DNA from: Narcine bancroftii
Lineage: Eukaryota
Length of the DNA: 64,000 nucleotides
Direction: 5' to 3'
Assembly (NCBI RefSeq): GCF_036971445.1
Contig: NC_091475.1
Span: forward strand, 4,278,001-4,342,000
Part shown: in pieces, positions 25,967-36,956 of the stretch
Layout of the letters: every line of letters starts with the position of its first letter
Position numbering within the stretch: position 1 is the stretch's first letter
Translations under genes and position numbers: made by a program
The notes under the pieces: generated by a model
Told to the model about the DNA's origin: nothing
Databases searched by the model: none
Seen by the model: only the letters and a program-made list of their open reading frames with translations

Positions 25967-26163
25967 GCACGACAGTTGGCTTCACTTCTGATGGACGCAG
26001 AGAGAAAAAATGAAGAACTTGATGGAGTGCTGAAGAGTCAGCTTCTGGAATTTGATCGTGCCAAGGCTGATATTGAAGAGCTTTATCAACACAATTGTAA
26101 ACTACAGGCCATTTCTGAAGAACATGAATCCTTAAAAATTATTTCAAAAAATCTTTCCCAAAA
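25967..26163 (+). CDS. CIP2A: CIP2A coding exon (coiled coil)
   Basis: tgtAG|; ARQLASLLMDAERKNEELDGVLKSQ...IISKNLSQ; AA|GTAGGT; overlaps ORF 25976..26167. Confidence 0.95.
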
Positions 26164-26572
26164 GTAGGTTTTGCTAATTTGCTGATTCTATTTACCTTTT
26201 AAAGAAACATAGCTTCGGCATTGTATGTCGCAGTTAAAGGCCTTTCTATATGATATAATTATAGTGGTTTGTTCTATCATGTGGAAGCCAATCAGTTTCC
26301 TGTAAGTAAAAGGAATGGGAGTATACTTTTGTTAGTCTCCTTGTGTCCCTTCAAAAATAACATTAAAAAATTTTTAAGTACCAAGCAACAAAAGGGGACT
26401 TCGAGCCTTGAAGGGTAGCAATAAGTAAAAAGAACTTGAGGGAAAAGTTACATGTTAGAATGTGACATTCCAGAGGAGATTAATTGTATTTCTGTAATTT
26501 TATTCATAGTCTTTATATTTTTGATTTTGGATGTCTGCTTAAATTTCTATTCCATAAACTTTTTTCTTCTAG

Positions 26573-26686
26573 TTTTGATAATGTAGAAAGGCAGTTTAAA
26601 GAACTTCAGATTGAGCATAACTCGTTGAGCAAACAGTGTGAATTATTCAAAAATCAAATGGACTCCCTTAAGCAACAGAATGATAG
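26573..26686 (+). CDS. CIP2A: CIP2A coding exon (coiled coil)
   Basis: ttctAG|; FDNVERQFKELQIEHNSLSKQCELFKNQMDSLKQQND; AG|GTAAGC. Confidence 0.93.
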
Positions 26687-26790
26687 GTAAGCCTACCTTA
26701 TAATGCTTTTTTAAGATATTAATTGATCATATATTAGTCAAATGATATTGGGGGAAAATACCAAATTAACTTGTTTGTTTTGAATTTTAG

Positions 26791-26873
26791 GTGCCTTGCT
26801 CAGTTGGCAGAATTGGAAAGTCAGAAACATGATTTATACAATCAATTACAGGAGAAGGACAGTACACTATTGG
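26791..26873 (+). CDS. CIP2A: CIP2A coding exon (coiled coil)
   Basis: ttttAG|; CLAQLAELESQKHDLYNQLQEKDSTLL; G|GTTTGA; phase 2 to phase 1 fits the neighbours. Confidence 0.9.
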
Positions 26874-28114
26874 GTTTGATTTGCATTTTGTTTTACCTTT
26901 GATTTTAACTTATTGAAAAATGCTTTGATAAATAGAATGAAAATTGGTCAAATGCTTTGTCATTTCAGATATTGAAAAGGTGGTATGACATAGAATGCTA
27001 GACATAGCACAGGATGTTTAGGGTTTTGTTTTATTTGCTGAAATCTGCCCTGCATCTTTTAACTTCCACATTTCTTGTCTCCCACCTTCATTTGACAATT
27101 ACACTATTGAGAAATTACTTCTAATATGGGATGGTGTGGAAGATCTCCAGCAAAAATATTTGCATGTTTTATGTCTTCATTTTCTCCATACTGCTTGAAA
27201 GTGTTATGATTTGAACAGAATGCACTTCCTTGTACTTTGCCTTGGACACTTCAGATGTGCATCATTTTCATTGACCAAATGATCATTTCACTTGGAATTT
27301 GAAGCAGTTATCAGGAAGGTGGTGTTGGCAATTACTTGCCAATTGGTCTTCTGCTATCCATCTGCCCTCCTGCTCTTTACATTGAAAACTGTGCACAGTG
27401 CTCTTAAGAGCACGTAGGGGACTGTGGGTAAAAATTGTAACAGCAAAACTTCAATCTTTTTGGATAGTGCAACTTTCTTATTGAGGCTCTTTATTTTATG
27501 AAATTAAATACATTGTAGCAGATACAGCAGGGTTCATGGTGTAACTGATACAAACTAAATTTTATGGATGACAGATCAGAAAAACGGTACTTTAAGATGT
27601 TAGAAAAGTAATCTTTAATTATTTAATTATTACACTTTTTTCCTTTGCTGTTTTGTATTTTGGGTAGTGTTTTGAGAATCCTGATTATACAAGCAGAGAA
27701 ATGCTGTTGGAAGCCTTGGCCATCCCATGAACTAGCAAGTTGCTAGATCCAGTGTGACCTTTCTTGGTTACATAACTTGAAATGACTGCAAATAAATATG
27801 AAGTAATTAGCATACCATTATTGTTGAGCCTGTCACATTTAATTGGAGGTCTTGCAGAGATCATAACTCACACACTTCAAAGTAAGAGATCAGTTGTTCA
27901 GTAAACGACAAAATCTATTTACCCAGTTAATAGGGAAAGTTTTGAATTCTCCGCTGGTAGTCTTTGAAAGCGCAATCATGAATATATTTAAGGGACACCT
28001 TAAAGGACAGATCAATAGATTTTTGAATATCAAGGGAATCAAGATATGGGGTTTACATAAAAATGGCACTGATGTTTACTAGAGTAGGAACAAGGGGATT
28101 TTCTTGCATCTCTT

Positions 28115-29075
28115 ACAAAGATGCATCATCAAGATGCTCTTCATCAACTACAGTTCAGCATCAAAGTCCAAGACCCACCTCCAGACCACAATCTCCATCA
28201 GTACCGCAGTGGTGTCACTAGGTTTGGTGTCACCCATTGGGGTAACTCACGGTGTAACCCCCCCCCCCATGATTTTTCTCCTTTTAATTACTTCTTCATT
28301 CTCAAAAAAGTTATTGTTATAGGTTTAAAAATATTAATTACAACAATATTTTAGCTAAAACATCATAAAATTTGACAAACTATAAAAATACCAGCAACAA
28401 CGAAAACAGCAACGTGTGCTTGTAGCACGTGCAGGCAAAACTACGTGATTCGAAGTGTCATTGTAACTGGGTAATAATGACAGCTCTGACTGGAGTGCAT
28501 TAGAAGGTTATAAAAAGAAAATTAGCATAAAGTTTTAGCCTTGTAGGTATATTGATGCATGTAAGCTGGGCTTATGAAAAATGTTTTTGTAGTTGTAACT
28601 AATTACATGGATATTTTTATTAAAAAATAATAAATTTCTGCTGAAACACCACAAAAACCCCTGCTCTACTCGCTCTACACCTTTGACTGTGTGGCTTTGT
28701 CCGACAGCAACACCATCTACAAATTTGCTGGTGATACAATGGCAGTGGGTTGTATAAAAAGGGGAGATGAGTCACCATGCAGTTGGGAGATTGAAAACTT
28801 GGCTGAATGGTGTACCAACAGCAACCTTGTACTCAATGTCACCAAAACCAAAGAGCTGATGGTTGATTTCAGGAAGGGAAAACCAGAGGTATGTGATCCA
28901 CTGATTATTGGGGGATCAGAGGTGTGGAGGGTGAGCAAATTTAAGTTCTTGGGAGTCATTCTCTCAAAGGATCTTTCCTGGACCCAACACACTAATGGTG
29001 TCGTGAAGAAAGCACGTCAGCAAATTTGTCGAGGTTTGGTTTGACATCGGAAACCCTGGCAAATTTCTACCGATG
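28115..29075 (+). mobile_element. Rex1/Babar-like RT fragment interrupted by a hAT-like MITE (about 28208-28645)
   Basis: LFINYSSA..TISIST | PLLYSLYTFDCVA..IYKFAGDT..LNVTKTKELMVDFRK..KFLGV; the insert begins CAGTGGTGTCACTAGG. Confidence 0.8.
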
Positions 29076-29169
29076 CGTGGTGAATTTAATTGTTTTGGTA
29101 AATCATTTGATTCCTTGTGTGGAAGATTTTTTTTCCCCTGAAACACTTTTATAGACTATTCTTGTTCAT

Positions 29170-30140
29170 GTTCATCCAGTTACACACATCCAACCTGATC
29201 AAATAGCATTCCTGCTCCTTGGTGCAAATCATTCAAACACACATACAGACAACTAATACATGTGCAGGACAAATATACATATTTAAAAATAAATAAATAT
29301 TGCTTTGTAAACGATAGAGTCTTAGATGGGTAGTGTGAGCAGTTCTTTTGGTCATTCAGCATGCTCACTGCCTGCAGGAAGAAACTCTTTTACAGCCTAC
29401 TAGTACTAGCTCTGATGCTCCTGTATCTTTCCAAACAGGAGTACAGCTGTAGTTAAAAGATGCTGTGTGAAGGGTGATGGGGGTCCTCAATGTTTTTTCT
29501 CACCCTCTTCAGACAACGATCCTGGTAGATTACATTGATGGATGCAGGAGGTGGGAGAGACCCCAGAGATTCTCTCTGCCACTCTTATGGTCCTGTAGAT
29601 TGACCTCCAATCCAATTTTCTACAGAAACTATCACATGGTTATGCAGCTGGCTAGGTAGCTGTCAATAAAGCTCCTGTAAGGTTGGCATAATGTTGGCCA
29701 GTAGCCTTGCCTGCTTCACTCTCCTCAGGAAGTGCAGTTGCTGTTCCTCTTTCCTGACAAGTGAGGAGATGTGTGTCCATGGTAGGTCACTTGTTAAGTG
29801 AACTCCAAGATATTTGGTACTCTCTGCTCTTTCCTCTACCAAGTTATTGATGTGAAATGGAAGGTGATCCTTTCTTGTCCTCCTGAAGTCCATGATCATC
29901 TCTTTAATCTTGACCATGTTGAGACTCGGGTGGTTATTCTTGCACCATATCACAAGATATTTGACCTCTGTAGTGTGACTCATCGTTGATGCTGATGAGA
30001 CCATCTACTGTTGTGCCATCTGCAAACTTGATGACTCTGTTGGAGCTGGATCTGCAGTTGCAATCATGGGTCAGTAGCTTGAACAGGAGCGGGCTGAACA
30101 GTTATGTGCAGAGTGTTGACAGTGCTTGATGCTCTGCTAC
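29170..30140 (-). mobile_element. Rex1/Babar-like LINE 3' part
   Basis: KFADGTTV; LNMVKIKEMIMDFRR; KYLGVHL; QQLHFLRR in ORF 29663..30004. Confidence 0.82.
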
Positions 30141-30589
30141 CACCCCTCTACCTTTAAAGTTCTCAACATGTATTACTAGAACACATTATATAATACATTG
30201 GGACCTGGCTGGTGTTAATTGGAATGACAGTTGTAGAAATTGATTGATGGGAACAAAAGTGAATTAAAGAATCTAGGTCGAGATCAAATGGTGCTTTCAC
30301 TTCAGAAGCAGGCTAACATGATATACAGAAAGTGAGGTACAAAAGTCAATGCAACATGATGGCTACAATTTAAACAAGAGTTTGGTATTTTAGCTGTTTC
30401 CATAATTTCACAAAACCACCCTGATGGACTGGGAAATATTAAGGACTAAAGTGATTTTCTGACCATGTGAATTTGAAAATATTGTTGAAACATTGGAAAT
30501 ACAGTTCGGTGTGCTCGAGCTATAAAATACAAAGGAACACGCTTAGTTAAAATGTGATGACTTCTTAAACTTTTTTAAAATGTTTACAG

Positions 30590-30729
30590 ATTTACAACAA
30601 AAGAACCAGGCACAACATGAAAAAATGAAAACAATGGAAAAGGAGAAGGAAGACTTGGAAGAAACTATTGACATTCTCCAAAAGGAACTTAGCAAGACTG
30701 AGTTAGCAAGGAAAGAACTTAGCATTAAG
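30590..30729 (+). CDS. CIP2A: CIP2A coding exon (coiled coil)
   Basis: tacAG|; [46 protein letters not shown]; |GTACAT. Confidence 0.95.
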
Positions 30730-30954
30730 GTACATGATCTGCTTATTATTTCACTAAATTGATAATTAATTTATCCCACAAAATACTGTGGAAGTGTGTG
30801 CATGCCTATGTGAAGACTATGATATGCAGTTTATTGCTCACCCCCTACAGGATATTTTGTTAAATAGCTATTTGTGAGATAGTGAAGGTTAACGATTTTG
30901 AGAGCTGCTGCTCCATTAATGAGAAAAAGCAGTAAATACTGTACCTTCAAGTTC

Positions 30955-31930
30955 AAGTTTATTTATCATCCAACTATATCTGACAAGAAAAACTCGAGAG
31001 GGCTGTTAACTCAGCCTCTGACATCATAGGCACTTCACTCTATCGATGACATCTGCAGAATAGTGTCTTAAAGTAGTCTCTATCCTCAAGGACCCCCACC
31101 ACCCAGTCCATGCCCTCTTCACTCTCCTACCATCAGGAAAAGGATACAGGAGCCTGAAGACAAGTACACAGCAGTACAAGGATAGGTTCTTCCCCTCTGC
31201 CATCTTTTTCTTGCACTATTTTCATTTATTTTGTAACGTATTTATATAAATATTTGCTCTATGATGTTGCTGCAAAGTAACAAATTTTGTGACATGTTCT
31301 TGACAATAAATTCTGATTCCAATCAATACAACCTGATTAAACAGTGTAAACACACAAAGAGATATAATGCACGTACAGACAAATGATACATAGACACTGA
31401 ACCTATGTGTGTACATTAAAATAATTATTTAATAAATAGTCGAGTTTGTGGGGAATTGTTTTAGGAGTTCAACAGTCATTCTCAATGACCAAGGGAAGAA
31501 GTAGTTTTTCAGCCTGGTGATTCTGGCTCTAATACTCTGTATCTCTTTCCTGACGGAAGTAGCTGGAAGATGCTGAGTTACAGAGTAGAAGGGTTCTCAG
31601 ATTTTGCAAGCCCTCTTTAAACAGTAAATCCAGTGAATCACATTGATGGGGGGAAGGGAGACTCCAGTAATCCTCTCTGCCACTTCATGGTCCTGTGGAT
31701 TGATCTCTGATTTGATGCTCAACCATAACCATGCCACACAGTGACTTAGCTGGCCAGGATGCTCTCAATAGAGTTGGTGGCTGGTAGCCTTACCTGCCTT
31801 AGACTTTCCCTGACAAGTAAGGAGATGCTGCGTGTCCAGGATAGGACATGTGTACTCCAAGGAATTTGGTGCTCTCTACTACCAACCCATTAATGTGGTC
31901 ATTTCTGGTCCTCCTGCAGTCCCCAACCAT
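30955..31930. mobile_element. Two Rex1-like 3' fragments (30980-31320 +, nested in a - copy running to 31930)
   Basis: KDPHHP.HALFTLLPSGK on +; ESTKFLGVH on -; the minus copy has the same tail type as 9190 and 29170. Confidence 0.65.
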
Positions 31931-33000
31931 TTCCTTTGGCTTGAGAGAATTTCTATGCCATTTTAAATGTGAGAAATTGTGACTTTGTACATAGAATTCA
32001 AAAATTACCCATCCTTTACAGATTAAAAAAAAAATTTCTAACACTGATTTGAAGCTTTCACTGTTGTTGCACATCATTTTTCTTTCTGTTGAATGAGATT
32101 GGAGAATATTTTTTAAGTTGGAGGATGTACATTGATGGCAACTGTCCTTAAATTAGTATTCACACTTTGAAGCCTTAATGGTGTAGGGAAGTGCAGAAAT
32201 TCAGTGCTTCTGCAATGATAAATGCTCTGCCAAGTTTGGGTTTATTTCAGAGGGTAAGGAATTTTTTTTAATCGTGCATTGACTTTGTCAATATTATTTA
32301 TTAATGAATCTCTGAAAATATTGGCATTGTTGATGAATTTAAAAACATTTTTTTACATATTTTCATATACTTAAAGTTCTCAAACTAATTCACATAAATT
32401 CTTACATGGGTTCATATAATGTTTTCTTTGGTTGTGACATTCTTTAGTACAGGACATATTTGGCCTCTGTTCTCCCTAATAATATTGACATGTAGCTTCT
32501 TATTGATTTTTTTGCCAAAACCTGCTCAAATTTTCAAGTGGAAATCATGGTTAGCATGAATAGAGTTCAAGAATGCTATTAAATGTTTAGTCTATGAACT
32601 TGAGATTTAAATATTTTTAAAACACATTTATTCTAAAAATGGACTTGTATACACAAATGGAATTAAAGACTTCAATATAAATTTTCATAATAATTTGAGT
32701 TACTTAAAATCAGCTTATGAATTGACACTGAAAATATTCATTTTTATTATTAGAAAACAATTTTAACTGTATCAATAGAACTGTACCAGGTTAGGTCTAA
32801 GATGGTTCACAGCAGAATTAATGTTCATTGATGTGCAAAGGATTGAGCAGAACCAAGCAAAAGAGTCATTTCTGAAAGTATGCCCAGAATCCTGATTGTG
32901 CCAAAAGTTAAATGAATAGTGGCTTTACATTAAAGTGTTCTATTATTTTGGTGATTATTTTATTCCGCCTAATGTATGTATTTTATCTGTTGCTTCATAG

Positions 33001-33171
33001 TTGTCGTCCTTTGAAGTACAGAAGTCGCAGCTGGAGGCACGATTACAGCAAAAAGAAGCTCTTGTCCAAGCTCAACAGGAGGAACTCAGCAAACATTCCC
33101 AGATGATAGCAATGATTCATAGTCTGAGTAGCAGTAAATTACAATCAAATACTGTAAATCTCAGTCTGTAG
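33001..33171 (+). CDS. CIP2A: CIP2A last coding exon with TAG stop
   Basis: catAG|; [56 protein letters not shown], matching the human C-terminus ...[25 protein letters not shown]. Confidence 0.96.
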   Translation: MSSFEVQKSQLEARLQQKEALVQAQQEELSKHSQMIAMIHSLSSSKLQSNTVNLSL

Positions 33172-33676
33172 TCTTTTTGTAATTTTAATGTGGAGAGATA
33201 TGGGGATCGACTCAATTGTTGGATTCAGATCCCTGCAGCTGGAAGTGTAAATATTTATTCTATGCGATTAAAGCTAAAATTATTTTTAAGTAAATTCACA
33301 ACCATTAAATAAGAACAGCATTTAAAATGTATTTGTTTTGGAAGCAAGTATTTGAATTCCACTACTTAGTATATGATTAAATGTAAGAATATATTTTGAA
33401 ATCCATAAGTTTGGATTAATGACTCAAAGCCACATTTTTTGTTTGATTATCAGGCTCAACATGTAGGACAATGCTAAGAATATACCTAAAGTTTTAGTTG
33501 AAGTTTTGAAAAAGCGTCGCTTAGAATTGGGCAATTGTCATCTCAAACTTTAATGATTCAATACCCAGTGATAGAGTAAATAGTCAAATTCTACCAGTGT
33601 GTTAATACAAGATATAATGCTGTCTTTAGGTACAGTCCTGGTTTCTAATACCCAAAACAAGTTATAATTATTTTAT

Positions 33677-34298
33677 TGTTACGAGCCCAAAGGACCCCAA
33701 AACCCAGCAACAGTAGATATTCACCAAGACAAATGGTTACTTAAACAAATGTTGCTTTTAATTATCTTTAAACTTGAAAATAGAAACAAACTTTAACTTA
33801 TCTATTATTAACTTACTTAACCCTCTTCTAATTCTAAGTGCACGTTTGTGTAATGTATTTATAAGTTCAGAAAGGTTCTTTGGTTCACAATCCAGTCTCA
33901 CTTCTCATTCCTCCAAATTCACTGGTTGCAGGCAATTCTTATACTGTGCACAGAATTTCACATGTTCACCAGCTTTGGTGCTCGAAAGGAAAATGGTTGC
34001 CACTCATGAATGATCTTGTAGGTTTTCAGAGAGAGATGTGTTGTTCCAGGACATCTACAACTGAGGTACTTTCCTCAGTCATCTCAGTGTCTTGCTGATG
34101 AAACTTGCCCCATCAGGGTTCTCCAGATGATAACCTCATTCTTTCAGGCCACCACAGAGTTCCTTTCTGTTTCTTTTATTCAAAGTGAAACATTAGACAG
34201 CCAGGCCTCTCCTCTTGCATGAACCACAAGGGCTTCGACCAGGCTGTCTTCCAAAAGCTTGCCAGCTTATCCTGGCTGACATTGTCAAGTGATCTCTG

Positions 34299-34336
<38 letters not shown>

Positions 34337-34632
34337 AGACTGAGAGAAAGCCTTTTTTCCCCTCTCTGCTTACAAAACCACATGACCCTCTTGCAAAACT
34401 CTCTTGCAGACAATAGCAGCTGCACCCTGCTCTTTCATCTGTTGCCTTGATAAATAATAATCCATTAGTGATGTCTCTGGAGTACTCTTCAAAGCTCTTG
34501 CAAAAAGATGTAATAAGCCACTATATCTCCAGTATTTCAAATAAGATCTATTTTAAAGTGTTTGCATGTGACCTACTCTAACAAACCTTTCCCAATTTAT
34601 CTCCCAAAAACATTTCTATATACTCTGTCACA
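33677..34632 (-). mobile_element. Solo LTR, family A (956 bp), TSD TTAT, containing (CT)n at about 34301-34331
   Basis: Reverse-complement homolog of 21936-22909; TTAT at 33673-33676 and 34633-34636. Confidence 0.9.
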
Positions 34633-36289
34633 TTATAACCAGTTCTATTGCAGTATGTGTAAAATGTGTAAAATTCTTAATTGTGCAGTTCACCAGCTTG
34701 TGTATATTAGAAGTAGTTGAACAGTTCTTTTTCATCTTGTATAACAAAGTTTGACCAACTTGCAAAAGCACTACCAAAAACCAGAAAATATCCAACATCA
34801 TTCTACTAAATACATGGAAATAATTGACAATGTGCACTTCTGTCCCTTATTTGATTTTTGTTCAAATTTGTTGAGTATTGACACTCTTGAAACTGTTGTT
34901 TACTTTGTGTATTTATTTGTATTCTCATTTACAATTAGCATGTACAGCCAAACATTAATTGCGTACATCTTTTTTATTCTTTTTCTCTGTTGACAAAATA
35001 AACTTAAAATATGAATCTGCTTAAACAATCCAAATATGGTTTGTACAAAAAATTCAGTAAAATTAATAATCCACAATAAATTGCTGATAGATTATTCAAG
35101 TATCTGCATTTTGAGAGTCCTCTGAAAGCATTGGTCAGACCTTTCCCTTTCTCCATGATCCAATCTTTATCTGAGGCAGGAGCTAGAATAGTGCTGGATG
35201 TATATAATCAGTTGGAAAAATTAGGTCTGTACATCAGGTCTTTCAGTGGATTTTTTAATTTAGTCGTTTCACTTTAAAATGTGTCACCTAATCATTTCAG
35301 TGAAAAATCCCATGATTGAATTCAAACTCTATTTTTTTTTTAAAGAAACAAAAGGCAAATGCTACAATCTTGAGCAAACAATGAGAAGCTGGAAGAACTC
35401 AGAAGGTCAGGCTGCAGCCAGAGGTAGGATTGATCAAACCTTTTAAGCAATAGAACTTCAAATAGTTTGGGGGGGTGGGGGGGGAAGGGGAGGGGAATGT
35501 GGTGCAGGAAGTGATTTTAATAATTTAATCAGACAAAAATGTAAACAGATGCACATTCATCAATATTCTGTGTCCCAAAGATTAGTACAGCTCTGGAGGC
35601 TATTTAGCCTGTGAAGTCCAAGCTAGTTTCCTGCAGAAACATTCTCGATATCCTTATTCTTATCAAATTCCCTCTAAATATTCCTTACACAAAGGTGACC
35701 AACACCAGCTTTGGGTTGATCTCAAAGTTGAAATTCTTGATTTCTCATTCTAATTTATTGTACATCTTCTAATGGCCAGGGTTGGACACAATGTTCCTGT
35801 TATAGCTTAACTTGTGGTTTATAAAGATTCCTTGATATTCTACTATTTCTTTGTATGTTTTATTAATCAATCCCTCAACATCTACTGCTTTCAAATATTT
35901 GCACATCTTCACGCAGGTCCCTATTCCTGAAGTCTTTAAAATTATATTGCTGGTTCTGTTATTGAGTCACATTTCTGCATACCAGATTCCAACTTCCATT
36001 GAACTATGTTGTTTCTCTATATTCTCCCATCCTACTCCCAATCTTGGTATCATCTGCAAATTTTGTCCTACATGTTCTTATCCAAGTTACTATTTTATAC
36101 AGTATACACATATTTTTAAAGCCTAATTTTCAAGTTAATGAGCAGATAAATCTTTAAGTACTTCCCCTAATATATGTTACCATTGCAAACCTAAATCTTT
36201 GCTGCTCATGTCCTAGTTTTATTGTATATACCTCCCAGATTCCTGTGAGATCATGTTTGACGCTCTGACCTATCATTCCTCCGTCTCTG

Positions 36290-36640
36290 ATGGATTTCAA
36301 ATATATACAACCCTGAGATTCCTTCTTTGTGCATGCACGGCAGAATTACCTCCAATTGGTAGTGCAAAAAATAAGCTACACAGTGAAAACATATAACAAA
36401 TTTAACTGAATGCAGTACAGAGAGAACTAAGAAAATCAATAAACTGCACGAGTCAATTAAATGAGTCCCTGTTGGAGTTTGTTGTTGAGGAGCCTGCTGG
36501 TGGAGGGTAGCAGCTGTTCCTGAACCTGGGGGTGTAAGTCTTGTGGCACCAATACCTCTTTCCTGATGGCAGCAGCAAGAACAGAACGAGTGCTGGGTGG
36601 TGGGGGTCTCTGATGATTGCTGCTGCTCTTCATGTAGTGG
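36290..36640 (-). mobile_element. Rex1-like LINE 3' fragment just downstream of the HHLA2 stop
   Basis: RDPHHPA..LFLLLPSGKRY-type sequence plus 3' UTR. Confidence 0.7.
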
Positions 36641-36828
36641 GGATGATTTGGATAAGTTTGAATGATGGCCACTTCTGCATTGATCAGGAAGATATTTTAG
36701 TGGAATGAATCCATGTTTGCTGGAACTAGAGGAGATGAAATCAGCTGCAAGTCTCCATGTCAAATAGAAATTAATTGATTCAGCCTTGGCAGTTGCAACT
36801 GTGTGGATTCACCTGTGAAAATTTTTAC

Positions 36829-36956
36829 TTAATTGCTCTGTTTTTTTATGAAAAACAGAAACACCAAAACAGAAATAATCACACAAAGCACGAACAAAGC
36901 AGCAGGAATTAGTCCATAGTGACTGTATTTTTGTACTTCTTCCTGTACTGATTGGT
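36829..36956 (-). CDS. HHLA2: HHLA2-like transmembrane exon with in-frame stop
   Basis: tatttcAG|; (D)QSVQEEVQKYSHY-GLIPAALFVLCVIISVLVFLFFI-KKQSN*; phase-1 acceptor, about 23-aa hydrophobic stretch, basic stop-transfer residues. The 3' end depends on an A7 run. Confidence 0.82.

Noticed and set aside
35005-35185. Possible extra HHLA2 cytoplasmic exon on the minus strand
   Set aside because: An open frame and AG sites exist, but there is no recognisable homology and the TM exon already has an in-frame stop as assembled. Not supportable without cDNA.
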